A stretch of DNA of 63,844 nt, filler included, from Corallochytrium limacisporum Hawaii (taxonomy: Eukaryota > Protista > Pluriformea): the NCBI GenBank assembly GCA_002811645.1. It is 3 parts of 3 records of this genome, joined end to end, with 100 filler letters (N's around TTAATTAATTAA, not from the genome) between each part and the next. Parts side by side here need not be neighbours in the genome. Positions count along the whole stretch, not along the records: positions 17,089 to 41,019 come from PDIP01000106.1; 2 more parts are not named here. One strand, given 5' to 3'. The notes under the pieces are model-generated. The model was not told where the DNA came from, made no database searches, and worked only from the letters and a program-made list of their open reading frames with translations. Below are positions 21,117-32,274 of the stretch, piece after piece. Position numbers and translations under genes: made by a program. How positions within the stretch are numbered: position 1 is the stretch's first letter; each line of letters begins with the position of its first letter.

Positions 21117-22847
21117 ATGGCGGTGGAAGAAGAAGTGACAAAGCAGCCAGCCGAAGGCACTGATAAGCCTGAACAGACCGAAGATCAAGAAAAAGAGCGC
21201 TCAGCAGAGGACACATCAGAACAGACTGCGAAGGAGGGGAATAGTACTACTGGTGGCAAGGCAACGGATGACGGCGACAAGAAGGATGATGACAACAAAG
21301 AGGGCAGTGACAAAGACGAAGATGATGACGAAGATGCTGATTTTGGTGTGCTGGCAGAGCAGAAAGTGGAAATTATTGTTCCTTCCTATTCCGCGTGGTT
21401 CAACTATAATAGTGTCGACAACATTGAAAAGCGGGCTCTGCCGGAGTTCTTCAGTGGCAAGAACCGTTCCAAAACCCCTGAGATTTACATGGCCTATCGC
21501 AACTTTATGATAGACACGTACCGCCTGAATCCAACTGAGTACCTAAACTTCACAGCCTGTCGGCGCAATCTGGTGGGTGATGTGTGTGCCATTGCGAGAG
21601 TCCACGCATTCCTAGAGCAGTGGGGCCTCATCAACTACCAAGTGGATGCGGATTCAGTTCCTGCCCCCTTGGGACCACCCAGCACTGCCCATTTCCACGT
21701 ATCTCTCGATGTGCCAAGTGGTCTGCAACCCTTGCGTAAGGCAAAGGAGGGCACCGCGGTTTCTGTTGCGAACGGAACTAGCGCTGCCGCTCCCGAAGCC
21801 AACGGTGAAGCTGAGGGAAACGGAGAACAAGAAGCGGTGGCAGGAGACGCCGATCAGCCCAAGAGTAATGGAACTCTGATCGATAGGTACGGCAAGGGGC
21901 TGATGAATGTACTGGCCGTGTACTGTGACAATTGTGGAAAGGTATGTCGCGCAGAGGTCTACCAGCACAAGACAGAACGGACGCGCATCTGCGATGTTTG
22001 TTACGGCAGCGGCAAGTACGGTGTCGAGGCTCAGGCGAGTGACTTTGTGAAGCAATCAGAGCCGGCTGGTAAGGACCGGGCATGGTCGGAGGGTGAGACT
22101 CTGCGGTTGTTAGAAGGAATAGCCAAGTGTGGCACGGACTGGACACGCGTGGCTGAGTACGTGGGCACTCGGACCCAGGACGAGTGTATCTTACACTTTG
22201 TGCGCCTGCCAATTGAAGATGAATTCCGCGAAGGTACGGACAAGGACACCAGGGCGGAGACGGACCTGACAGCACCCTTTTCCACAGCTGAAAATCCGGT
22301 CATGGCCGTTGTGGCGTACTTGGTGGCCAATGTAGAGCCTGCCCTGGGTGCCACGGCCGCTGAGGCAGCCATGCGTGAGTTTTCTAAGGCAACCGGACAG
22401 GAGGCAGAATCGACGGCAGCGAAAGAGGTAGTGGATGCGGCAGGTGAGGCGGTGACGAAAAAAGCAGCGGTCGCGGCCATGGCAGCCGCTGCTACACGTG
22501 CTCGTGCACTGGCCCTGGCTGAGGACCGTAAGATCCATGTTCACCTAGCCAAGCTGGTGGAGGCCCAGACTCATAAAGTCGAGGCCAAGCTGGCCTACTT
22601 AGAGAAGCTCCAAGAATTTATGGAGCAGGAGCGGGACAGTATTGAACGTCAGCGTCGGGAACTGTACCAGGAGCGCATTGCTCTGCAGAAAGAGAAGCTT
22701 CTGCGTAAGGAAGATCGGGCTCGTTCGGTTGACGCACTGTCCGGTGCTGGCGACCTCAGCGGTGCCGAATCCACCAGCGCCCTAAAGCGACCGGCAGAGA
22801 GCCTCTCCGGTGATGCGTCCGCCCCCAAGAACATTAAAATTCTCTAA
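21117..22847 (+). CDS. SMARCC2: SWI/SNF-RSC subunit SWI3/SMARCC/Rsc8 (SWIRM, ZZ-like, SANT, SWIRM-associated, leucine zipper)
   Basis: IIVPSYSAWF...EKRALPEFF...SKTPEIYMAYRNFMIDTYRLNP...HAFLEQWGLINYQ; WSEGETLRLLEG...TQDECILHFVRLPIED; PFSTAENPVM. Start placed at cacgATGG (21117); the frame is open further upstream (ATG at 20844). Confidence 0.93.
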   Translation: MAVEEEVTKQPAEGTDKPEQTEDQEKERSAEDTSEQTAKEGNSTTGGKATDDGDKKDDDNKEGSDKDEDDDEDADFGVLAEQKVEIIVPSYSAWFNYNSVDNIEKRALPEFFSGKNRSKTPEIYMAYRNFMIDTYRLNPTEYLNFTACRRNLVGDVCAIARVHAFLEQWGLINYQVDADSVPAPLGPPSTAHFHVSLDVPSGLQPLRKAKEGTAVSVANGTSAAAPEANGEAEGNGEQEAVAGDADQPKSNGTLIDRYGKGLMNVLAVYCDNCGKVCRAEVYQHKTERTRICDVCYGSGKYGVEAQASDFVKQSEPAGKDRAWSEGETLRLLEGIAKCGTDWTRVAEYVGTRTQDECILHFVRLPIEDEFREGTDKDTRAETDLTAPFSTAENPVMAVVAYLVANVEPALGATAAEAAMREFSKATGQEAESTAAKEVVDAAGEAVTKKAAVAAMAAAATRARALALAEDRKIHVHLAKLVEAQTHKVEAKLAYLEKLQEFMEQERDSIERQRRELYQERIALQKEKLLRKEDRARSVDALSGAGDLSGAESTSALKRPAESLSGDASAPKNIKIL

Positions 22848-24595
22848 GCAAGCTGAGTACTTGGAACCACATAAATTGAAAGCCATGGCTATCGGACTCT
22901 TCTTGCAAGCACATTGCATTACATGCCTTCATTTAGTGATTAGATCGCAACAGAGAGACTGTGAAGTATCGACTGCAGTATACCCTACGAATTTACGATA
23001 TTTATTCCCTGGGACTTGAGGATCCAACAGAAGCGTCCGATGACTTCCGGTGTTGTCTCCCTTAGATCAGTTCACATCTGGTTTTGGTAATGAACTTGCC
23101 TTCCGCAACTTTGGACTATCCCCTTCATCGGGACGGCCCCTCCTCCGGAAGTACACGGCGGGTGGAAGGGGAAAGGAAGGTGGACGAGAATAGTGGAGAA
23201 ACAGTGGAGAGGGCCCTTGTGTGGGGCCATCAGTGGTGAAAAGAAGCCGTTCCTTATCCTCACCATCGTGTGGAAAAGAGACTCCGAGGCGGAAAAGAGG
23301 GGGCTGAAGAAAAAAAAAACCGTACTTGCCCGTTTTGTGCTTCCCCGGCCTCGCTGTATTGCCCTTCACACCTGTGGTACTCTCGCGCTACTTAGCGGCC
23401 GCAAAACAACGTCGTTGCGAAATCCCAGAGGCCAGACCTTCTCCCCCGCAGTTCTTCCCCCTGGGGGTCCCAGTATTGGGAAGAGACAACAAACTCAAAA
23501 GGAAGACTGAAAGTCAAAAGTGGATCTCAGGAACGGGCTGCTGAACCAGCTGACATGGGCGGCGCAGGATGAGGAGAAGAAAAAGTTACCAGTGGTCTCG
23601 ACCTTGGTAGTGGCCCACGCTGCGTTTGCACTCCGATTTTCGATTCCAAGAGATCGAACGACAACAGCACGAGTGCTGGCCAGTGATATAATATCCGCAC
23701 CTTTGCAGTACAAGTAGTACGAGTACTTACCACGGCAAGCACCGCGGCTCTGCTCTCTCTCCTTCTGACTAGTGGCGTCTTGCACCTCGCTCTCGATGAA
23801 AGGATATGTCACCTTCAGATGGTTCGCCATTGTTTCAGTACTAAAGAATACTTTTCAGTGACGATAGTAGATTGAAAGGCTATGGCAACGCAATGGAAGG
23901 GAGCTGGAAGGAGAGACGCAATCCCAGCCTATTTGGGAGTAAGAAATCTTACGATGTGGAGGAGACACCATACAGCAAGGCAAACCAAGAAAGGTGTGAG
24001 AGGTAGGGAGCAAAAGAATTGCACTATACGAACTGAGCCTGATTCGCAAAGGGTGTTCAACACAGTACTTCTTTGCTCTATACCATCGCACTGGAGGGAA
24101 AGGAGTTCGGTGTCCCTTTCAAACTCCGGAAATGTGTGGGGTGCTCGGCGATGGCGATATGACTGTGGACAAGGGCCCCCACAGCACGTCTCTCCCAGTG
24201 GAACGACAACTACAGCAGAAATGGCACAGTCAAGGGCGTCCTGCAAAGGAAACCTTTGGGAGGACCCAATAAAGTGATAGTTGATTGTTACCACTGCTTC
24301 GGGTTAGCCAAGGCTAGATAGAGAAGTGCCTTGGGTTGACCGAAGGTTTGGCAGAGAAAGTTATTTAATTGTGTTTAGGCCCAATAATCTTTAGTTGAGT
24401 AAAATATGGTTCGGAATTTGCGAGACTATTTTGTAACATAAGCACCAAAGTAAAACTAGATTAGGAAAATGTGTTAGCATTGGATGGGCATTAGTACCAA
24501 CATAGGCTTGGCCCCGACATAACCCAGACACAGTTTGACCGCTTTTTTGATTTAATTTCCCATACATACACAGTCAGTTACACACGAGCATAAGG

Positions 24596-27001
24596 ATGCA
24601 TGACACCGGTTTGCACCACACCAGCGGTGGCCTCGACGAACTCATCGCCGTGCCACTTCAACGCTGGACTGTCACCATTCATCCGGACTACGTAGGGGAG
24701 CACCAAGCTAAGGCGCAGGAAATTGCAGATCAGTATGACATGCGGTTGCACATGAATATTGCGGGACAGGAGCATTCGTTCGAGTTCCTCCTGCCAGAGG
24801 GCCACTGCCACATGAACGAGGCTGATAACGAAGAGTGTACGACTCTTCGGGACATTGAAGTAATTGAAGACATCCTTGCATCTCACCACACTGTTCAGGA
24901 AGCACAGAGGCAGATTGGGCGGCGGCGATATCGCAAAGCACCAGTAAATCCGGAAGATCCCGAAGAAGGACAAACAGGCAGCGTTGACAGTGTTGGTGAA
25001 ACGACTACCAGCGAAGATGAAGAAATGACAAAAGAGGAGCGGTGGCGAAATTTGTTTCGGGATCCTCTCTACAGTTTTCAATGGTATCTTTTTAACCGAG
25101 AAGGATCCGTGCACATGAACGCTGGGGAAGTTTGGGATATGGGTTACACAGGGAATGGTACCGTTGTGAGTGTCATAGACGACGGTATCGAATACACTCA
25201 CCCCGATCTGAAAAAGAATTATATCGCAAGTATCGGTTACGATTTCAACAGCAATGATGAGGATCCCTACCCGAGAGAAGAGGACCCTATCAACAAGCAT
25301 GGGACTCGGTGCGCAGGCGAGATTGCTGGGGAGGCAGACAATGAAGTTTGTGGTGTCGGTCTTGCGTACGAAGCGTCCGTGGGTGGTATCCGTCTCATTG
25401 ATGGGGATATTAGCGATGATATGGAGGCTGGTGCCTTCAATATGCATCTGGATAAGGTACATATTTACACAGCCTCTTGGGGACCTAACGACGATGGCCG
25501 AACTGTCGAAGGGCCCGGTCCGAAGGCCTCTAAGGCCCTCATCACTGGCACTGAGAAAGGGCGCGACGGCCTAGGCGCGATCTATTTCTTTGCGTCTGGT
25601 AATGGAGGGTCCGTCATGGATAATTGTAATGCCGATGGGTACACCAATTCCATGTACACTATCAGTGTGGGCAGTGTAAATGATCAAGGAGGGCACCCAT
25701 GGTATATGGAACGGTGTGCTGCGACACTCATTTGCTCTCCGTCCTCTGGAAGCAAAGAAAACAAATTCGTCATTACTACAGACCTGCACGGACGGTGCAC
25801 AAAGCGTTTCACAGGAACGTCGGCCAGTTCCCCACTAGGTGCTGCTGTTGGAGCCTTGATTCTTGAAGCCAACCCGAAAATTGGCTGGCGTGACATGCAG
25901 TATATTTTGCTACGAACTGCAGTGCGCACGGATCGGGATAATGAGGACTGGCAGACGAACGGGGCGGGCTACAAGTACGCTCATTGGTTCGGGTTCGGAC
26001 TCATGAACGCGTCTGCCGCGGTACAATTAGCAAAACGTTGGCAGAATGTACCGGAACGGATTTCGTGCGAAACTGAAGTGACCAACGTAGGAAAGGTTAT
26101 CAAGGGGGCCGGTGGTGTGGTTACCGAGGAAGTCCCTTTTCCCGCGGGCTGTGATTTTGATTCCCTTGAGCATGTGCAGCTGACAGTCACTGTGGAGCAC
26201 GAAATGCGGGGTGAGATCGTCATTGATGTAGTGGCACCCACTGGCATGACTAGCCACATGATGGAAGTGAGATCAAGGGACAAATCCAAGCACGGATTCC
26301 AAGGGTGGACAATGAATTCCGTAGCTCACTGGGGTGAGAATCCGAAGGGCACGTGGAAGGTTAGTGTGGCAGACGGTCGGCCCAAAACCACTGTAGATGG
26401 CCGTTTCGTAAAGTACCAGCTCAAATGGCATGGAATACGGACTGCTGACTGGGAGGGACCGCTGGACAGTCCCCCGGACCAGGCCACTTCATCAACCAAT
26501 ACGGGTACAAGCGCAAGTACTGAAAGCACCAAAGGAGAAACATCCGTCTCCACTCCGGCAACTAAGTCATCCGTATCGCAATCAGATACAAACACTCAAC
26601 CTAGCACCAGCCCATCATCCCCTGCGAGTGAGGTCACCACCAAGCCTGAAACAAATAGCACGGAGACTCTATCTTCAAGCAAGACATCAAGCTCTACTGC
26701 TCCTACGAAACAGGATTCGGACGCCACTAGTGATCAAGGAAGCGGCAGTGGTTCCACAGGAGCTGGCCAATTTCTGGCTCTAGGCTTTGGTCTTGTGTTA
26801 GTCGTTGGATTGGTCGTTGGTATTGCGGGAATTTTACGAAAGCGCGACAGCAGCTCATTTAATGATTTCGAGAAAATGCAACACGAAGAACTGCATGACC
26901 TCAGCCATAATGGCACCCGTGTTCGTCCGAACTTTGGCGACGACGACGACGACGATGATGATGGAGATGAAGAAGTCTTTAACGCTGACATAGGCTCCTA
27001 G
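24596..27001 (+). CDS. Kexin/furin-like proprotein convertase (S8B): prodomain, catalytic domain, P domain, Ser/Thr stalk, TM helix, acidic tail
   Basis: VIDDG, HGTRCAGEI, ASGNGG and GTSASSP catalytic motifs; SWGPNDDG; RRRYRK autoprocessing site; LEHVQLTV...HWGENPKGTW P domain; hydrophobic TM segment; DDDDDDDGDEE cluster. Confidence 0.95.
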   Translation: MHDTGLHHTSGGLDELIAVPLQRWTVTIHPDYVGEHQAKAQEIADQYDMRLHMNIAGQEHSFEFLLPEGHCHMNEADNEECTTLRDIEVIEDILASHHTVQEAQRQIGRRRYRKAPVNPEDPEEGQTGSVDSVGETTTSEDEEMTKEERWRNLFRDPLYSFQWYLFNREGSVHMNAGEVWDMGYTGNGTVVSVIDDGIEYTHPDLKKNYIASIGYDFNSNDEDPYPREEDPINKHGTRCAGEIAGEADNEVCGVGLAYEASVGGIRLIDGDISDDMEAGAFNMHLDKVHIYTASWGPNDDGRTVEGPGPKASKALITGTEKGRDGLGAIYFFASGNGGSVMDNCNADGYTNSMYTISVGSVNDQGGHPWYMERCAATLICSPSSGSKENKFVITTDLHGRCTKRFTGTSASSPLGAAVGALILEANPKIGWRDMQYILLRTAVRTDRDNEDWQTNGAGYKYAHWFGFGLMNASAAVQLAKRWQNVPERISCETEVTNVGKVIKGAGGVVTEEVPFPAGCDFDSLEHVQLTVTVEHEMRGEIVIDVVAPTGMTSHMMEVRSRDKSKHGFQGWTMNSVAHWGENPKGTWKVSVADGRPKTTVDGRFVKYQLKWHGIRTADWEGPLDSPPDQATSSTNTGTSASTESTKGETSVSTPATKSSVSQSDTNTQPSTSPSSPASEVTTKPETNSTETLSSSKTSSSTAPTKQDSDATSDQGSGSGSTGAGQFLALGFGLVLVVGLVVGIAGILRKRDSSSFNDFEKMQHEELHDLSHNGTRVRPNFGDDDDDDDDGDEEVFNADIGS

Positions 27002-27175
27002 AGAGGTACATACACGTTTTAATACTTTGATTGGCACAAGCAAGAAGCGTTGTCTTTAGTCAATGTTTTATGGTTTCTTCCAATTTGATATTTCATCTTC
27101 TTTCCTCTGCTCACTTACCTCTGCTTGCAAATAATGAACCCATCAGACATTGTACGTTATTTTCAAACCACAAGG

Positions 27176-28648
27176 TCAGACCTTCTTGGACTTATCCACA
27201 GCTGTGAATTCGCGGAAGAAACTGTTTGTCAGGTTCACAAGATGATCTACATCATCTACACCGCACATTTCGCGGATGGAATGCATGGACAGTTGAGGTA
27301 TGCCCAAGTCGACGGTGCGAATGCCCAGCTTTGAGGCTAGGATGGGCCCAATGGTTGAGCCACACGGAGAGTCATTGCGTACCATGACGTCTTGGATAGG
27401 TACATTGGCCATCTTGGCCACTGTACGCAACAAGCTTGCACTGAGATCATTGGTAGCGTACCTTTGGTTCGAGTTGAACTTGATTGTGGGTCCCTTGTGG
27501 AACTGGGGCTTGTGGTTGTTTTCGTGCTTCTCTTCGTAGTTCGGATGTACTCCATGGACCATATCCGCAGAGACCAGGAACGATTTGGCAATCGCTTCGG
27601 AGAATTTCTCAGGCTTGCACATACGACGCAGGGTGTGTTCCAGAAGCTGTGATCCGGCACCTTGCGCGGATGAACTGCCAACTTCCTCGTGGTCAAACAA
27701 ACAGACCATGCGGATGTTCTCCTCCTCGGATAGGTTCCCCAGCGAGTCAATTAGACCCTGCAGTGAACAGTAGGAGCAGCCCAGGTTATCCAAGCGTGGC
27801 GAAAACACGAACTCATTGTTAATTCCGCCAACAACAGCAGGTTGGGTGTCAGCTAAGGACAACTCCATGTCCATGAGCACGTCATTCTCCTTCAAGTCGA
27901 GTTCTTCCCGGATCAGCTTGGTGAGGGTGGTATGGTGTCGTGCTTTCGGCGTATCATCGTCGTTGCCGCTGTCTTTACCATTGTTTTCACTGGCAGGTTC
28001 GTTCAACTGGTCCTTGACCTTGGTGGACAAGACCGACACAAGTTGGTTCTCTTTGTTGAACTCGAATCCTTTGGTGTTGACTTCACGGTTCAGGTGGATG
28101 GCCAGGTTTGGAACGCGCACGATCGGCCGCTTTACCCACAGGCGCTTACCCTCAAGCACCCCATCTCGCTCTATTATTACTCGGCCAGCCAATGTCAGGT
28201 CCCGATCGAACCAGGTATGCCACAGACCACCGCCGTACGTCTCTACTCCCACCATATTGAAGCCGGCCTTTGTGATCTTGGAAGTAGGTTTCACGCGCAG
28301 ATTGGGACTGTCCGTGTGGGCACCGACAATGTTAAAGCCATTACCTTCCTGATACTTTGCACCGACAGCAAAGGCAAAGATGGTGGTCTCGTTACGGGTG
28401 GTGTAGTATAGTTTGCCAGGCTGCACATCCCAGGACTCACGCTCGTTGAGGTACTGGAAGCCAGCCTTTTCGAGGATGGCAGCAGCCTGGTCTACAACGT
28501 GGAAAGGTGAGACACCACCGTTGAGGAAGTCAAGGAATGATGATGTGTATATTCCGCTCATTCTTATGCTCGACGACAGAAGACGACGATAGAGTAGTGT
28601 TGAAATTCCAGATCGATTTGATACTATCTTGATGGACAGCGGGGGCAT
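27176..28648 (-). CDS. DNPEP: Aspartyl aminopeptidase (peptidase M18)
   Basis: GAHTDSP, ETYGGGLWHTWFDRDL, RLDNL, FDHEEVGS, SADMVH, GSTIGP, SMHSIRE. Confidence 0.96.
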   Translation of the reverse strand: MPPLSIKIVSNRSGISTLLYRRLLSSSIRMSGIYTSSFLDFLNGGVSPFHVVDQAAAILEKAGFQYLNERESWDVQPGKLYYTTRNETTIFAFAVGAKYQEGNGFNIVGAHTDSPNLRVKPTSKITKAGFNMVGVETYGGGLWHTWFDRDLTLAGRVIIERDGVLEGKRLWVKRPIVRVPNLAIHLNREVNTKGFEFNKENQLVSVLSTKVKDQLNEPASENNGKDSGNDDDTPKARHHTTLTKLIREELDLKENDVLMDMELSLADTQPAVVGGINNEFVFSPRLDNLGCSYCSLQGLIDSLGNLSEEENIRMVCLFDHEEVGSSSAQGAGSQLLEHTLRRMCKPEKFSEAIAKSFLVSADMVHGVHPNYEEKHENNHKPQFHKGPTIKFNSNQRYATNDLSASLLRTVAKMANVPIQDVMVRNDSPCGSTIGPILASKLGIRTVDLGIPQLSMHSIREMCGVDDVDHLVNLTNSFFREFTAVDKSKKV

Positions 28649-29811
28649 TCTACCTACACTTTCTGGTCTCCGGGACCTTATTCAAATACCCTGCCCTGCG
28701 TGGCGGTAGTTCTTCGCGCTGGTGCAACGAATACGGGTGGTGTGAGTGTGGTTATCTGAAGGTTACCCCAAAAAGTAATCCGTCACTTGGGCTGGCAGGC
28801 GCGTGTTCAAATAGATTTGGAGCCTCCAGAATTGTCCTACACCAACCGTCCCCCACCTCCCCGGGGAGCGCGGTCCACTTGGTCAATACAACACCAATGT
28901 ATATTTCTTTGACTGCAACCGGTACTCCTCACCCTCCTGCTCCGGCGAGGCCCCACTATTACGGCTTGCCTGGCTGGTAGGGAAAGGAATACACACCCGT
29001 TCCAGGAGTTCGCCGATCAGGCGACGCAAGGGTGGGCAAGGAAGAGGGAGACGAAGTACTCCCTGTACGTGATTTAAACTGCTGCAGCTCCGCCCGCGCT
29101 CGATCTTCCCAAGGGTCTCGCCGGAAGTCATTGCGTAATTGCGGAGACTGGGAGCGGAGACACACGCGTACCTGTCACAGCGCCAGCGCCAACAGTGTCT
29201 CTTGCGCTTGCCCACCAGGTCGAGCTGTGCATGGACTGCATTTCTGTGCGAGTTTACGGGCAGTTCCTGGCGGGGCTAATACAAATGATTTCTAATACAA
29301 AGCCCTGGGTACCAATGGATGGTTGTAGCTGTTCCCTACGCATTCGCACGCACACGCAACGATCAGAGAATTGGCAAATGAGCCTCGGAGAGGCCGTAAG
29401 TAAATGAAGTGTTTGCCAAGGTATCGGTCACTACCACTTCTCGCTGGTTAAGGGAAGCAGCATCTAGCAGATGCCGAAAAGTAAAGTGAGTGGCAGAGCA
29501 GTCCCTTCTGCCCCCGTCACCTTCAAGTGGCAGCAATCCCCGTTGCCCTCTGGAAACCTCTGCACTTATCAGTTGGCAGAATCTCCACTGAGGCTACTTT
29601 CAAGGAACCACTTCACAGGTATTGAAACAGACAAATTAAGAAGTAAGCACAGGAGGGATTGAGAATGTATGAGAACCTTCGTGGTGTTATTTAGCTCTAA
29701 TGCAATCGCAGGAGAATGCAGACAAACACAAAAATGACATAGCCAAGGAATTAAGACAAAGTGGCGGCGGCACAAGGCCCGTCTTTATCTCAGGACTAGC
29801 AGAACGGAACT

Positions 29812-32274
29812 ATGGCAGCAGAATTGGGATTAGTAGCAATTCTTTTTGTTGTCTCTGGTGCCACGGGACCACGTCTACTGTATAAGTATGGTGTAGATGA
29901 TTACATGTATCATGAAAACAATATACATCCACAAGACAGACCACAGCAGGTTCCCAGTATCGTTAGTGGGACCGATGGGGCAGGCAATAGTGATGGAGCA
30001 GAAGCTCATGGCAGCAGAGCCAAAGGGGTACGACCGCCAGGGCGCGTGCGTAGCAAAAGTGAAAGGGACACAGACCAGTACGGACGGATGCGCAGTTTTG
30101 GAAATATTGCTGGTTACGAGGGGAGTTTTTTGGCAGACATTCTTAGCGCAAAGAGTGCGCTGAGCAACGAAGCCTTCCAATTGCGTATCGATGATGTGCT
30201 CATGTTTGGATTTCCGACACCGTGTGAGAGCAGCAGACACATCGGTGAGCAAGGAACAAAGGAGTCTTCCTCGTCTATGAGCATTAGCAGTTTCACCTTG
30301 AATCTGATCTTTGACGCGAATGCTTTTGACTTCGCCTACGCCGCCAGTTTGGAGGAATTGTTAGGTAAAGTGGCCAAAGCCTTTCTATACGAAGAGGGAC
30401 GGTGTGGATTCCTGAGCAAAGACGTGGCCAAACTAATTGATCTCTTGGATGTTCCCGAGGCATTGTGCCAGGAGTATCAGACTTTGTTGGAGCAAGATGT
30501 TTCAGAACGCAGAAAATCACAGGCCCTGGAGCAAAGGGATCTCACATCATCGATAAATTACAGAGATGGGAATGGAACCGATCAGCCACTTTCCGTGGCC
30601 GTACCTCAGAAACCGGACCCAAGAACTCAGAAGGAAGCGGCTTCTACTGCTACTGACGGTGGCAGGGCCAAAGCCGACGACGACCAAGGGCTCGGGACTC
30701 AGGTCCCAACCGTTGACTCTGGAGCAGCACGATTCTTTCGGACTGCAAGCACAGCGACAAACATGCCGAGCGGAACATCGACCAAAACCGTGGCAACAAA
30801 GGATGGCAGCAGTTCCAATACCACCGGCGATGAGCGTGAATCATCCACACCCCAAGTGGATGGCAGTGGGGTGGAAGTGGATTGGTCTGCAGTCAACCAC
30901 GCCGAGAACCCCACAGTGGCTATTCACCAGATTGCCAATGTCTTGGCCGACCGAGTTGCCCTGGCCAAATGTCTGCAGAAGTGCTTCATGTATACTTATA
31001 GAGCCTCGGAGCGACCCAGCACGGAACGTTTGGAAGTCACTGTGAATGGCTTGATTCGCCTGCACTTCCAACTTCAGCACCAGGACAGCATGCAGACCAA
31101 ATTGCGAAGGAACGCGTTGCTACACAGGCGCTACAGTATTGCTACCGGACAGATCTCACAGCACCAGCAGCATCGGCAATACTCCACAGCACTGCCACAA
31201 CATCAGATGCACTCTGCAGTGGACACGGGTTCTCGTGGTCGAGGACCCAGTGTTCTCCAGAATTACTACTTCAATTCCTACGGATGGTTCCGCAGTGCCA
31301 TCGAAGGCACCAATGTAATTCATCAGTCTGGAGTAGGTACCAACGGCGACGGGGAACCCCAAGACAAGAGTGGCAATGGAGCTGGCGGCAATGGTAGCTC
31401 CAGACTTGACGGCGCCCTCTCCAACCAGGACAATCAGCAGAGTTCAGGCCTTTTCCGCACGGTAGCTGGCTACGAAGGCCGATATCGCGTCTCCAATGAT
31501 CTGCCCCGGCCCTGCCAGACTCTTATCTTGTACCAACGGCCCCGGGATATACTCGCAAAGGTCCCAGATTCCTCCACGACACTGGCTTACTTTGTTCGTA
31601 CGCTGAGTCCATTGATGTCTATCGCAAATGTTGCAGCTGAGTTGGGAATGCCTCTGAAGCAAGCTATGGTTTTGGCTGAACACCTGGTCTACTGGCGTCA
31701 GGCAGCAGTTATGTTTCCACTGGCACCGCAAACCCGCGTTTGCATTTCATCACAGGCCAGCCTGGGACTCAATTCCGAGCTCACGCACAAATTCGACGAT
31801 GCTTTTCCTATGCGACCATTCCACCAAGTTTTGGCAGAGTACATGGACATGGAGCCTCTCGGAGACATGCTGAATCAAAAACTAGTGACGGAGCGTCAAG
31901 GCGAGATCAATGTACTACTCTGGCTGCTGCGCCGTAGGCTGGTCACGCAGATGGTCGTCTACATGTACCTGAGTTTTGGGTCGTCGACAGTTGCCGGCGA
32001 TCCCACGGAAGAGCCAGTCGCATTGCAGGCTGTGTCTCGTATGCAACGGGCCAACTACATCCAGGATCACGAGGCACGCATGCTCCTGCAAAAATCACTC
32101 GGGGTTATTGATTCATCACAGTGGGATTTGCTCTGTGAAGTAGTCCCTTTTCTTCGTGGTCAGATTTGTCTGGACGAGATTGCGGCCATTATAGAGCGGT
32201 CGTATGAAGACATTCTCGGGTTGGTAGACATCTTCCCCAATTGCATCCTACTCTCAGTGCAGCCCATAAATTGA
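29812..32274 (+). CDS. NPRL3: GATOR1 subunit NPRL3/Npr3
   Basis: N-terminal AILFVVSGATGPRLLYKY; FLADILS; FQLRIDDVLMFGFP; YEEGRCGFLSK; RPCQTLIL; LAEHLVYWRQA; LLWLLRRRLVTQM. Confidence 0.88.
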   Translation: MAAELGLVAILFVVSGATGPRLLYKYGVDDYMYHENNIHPQDRPQQVPSIVSGTDGAGNSDGAEAHGSRAKGVRPPGRVRSKSERDTDQYGRMRSFGNIAGYEGSFLADILSAKSALSNEAFQLRIDDVLMFGFPTPCESSRHIGEQGTKESSSSMSISSFTLNLIFDANAFDFAYAASLEELLGKVAKAFLYEEGRCGFLSKDVAKLIDLLDVPEALCQEYQTLLEQDVSERRKSQALEQRDLTSSINYRDGNGTDQPLSVAVPQKPDPRTQKEAASTATDGGRAKADDDQGLGTQVPTVDSGAARFFRTASTATNMPSGTSTKTVATKDGSSSNTTGDERESSTPQVDGSGVEVDWSAVNHAENPTVAIHQIANVLADRVALAKCLQKCFMYTYRASERPSTERLEVTVNGLIRLHFQLQHQDSMQTKLRRNALLHRRYSIATGQISQHQQHRQYSTALPQHQMHSAVDTGSRGRGPSVLQNYYFNSYGWFRSAIEGTNVIHQSGVGTNGDGEPQDKSGNGAGGNGSSRLDGALSNQDNQQSSGLFRTVAGYEGRYRVSNDLPRPCQTLILYQRPRDILAKVPDSSTTLAYFVRTLSPLMSIANVAAELGMPLKQAMVLAEHLVYWRQAAVMFPLAPQTRVCISSQASLGLNSELTHKFDDAFPMRPFHQVLAEYMDMEPLGDMLNQKLVTERQGEINVLLWLLRRRLVTQMVVYMYLSFGSSTVAGDPTEEPVALQAVSRMQRANYIQDHEARMLLQKSLGVIDSSQWDLLCEVVPFLRGQICLDEIAAIIERSYEDILGLVDIFPNCILLSVQPIN

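Noticed and set aside
22900-24400. Possible hidden gene in the 1.7-kb gap between SWI3 and kexin (ORFs of 60-131 aa)
   Set aside because: No recognisable motifs, and ORFs overlap on both strands as in random sequence.
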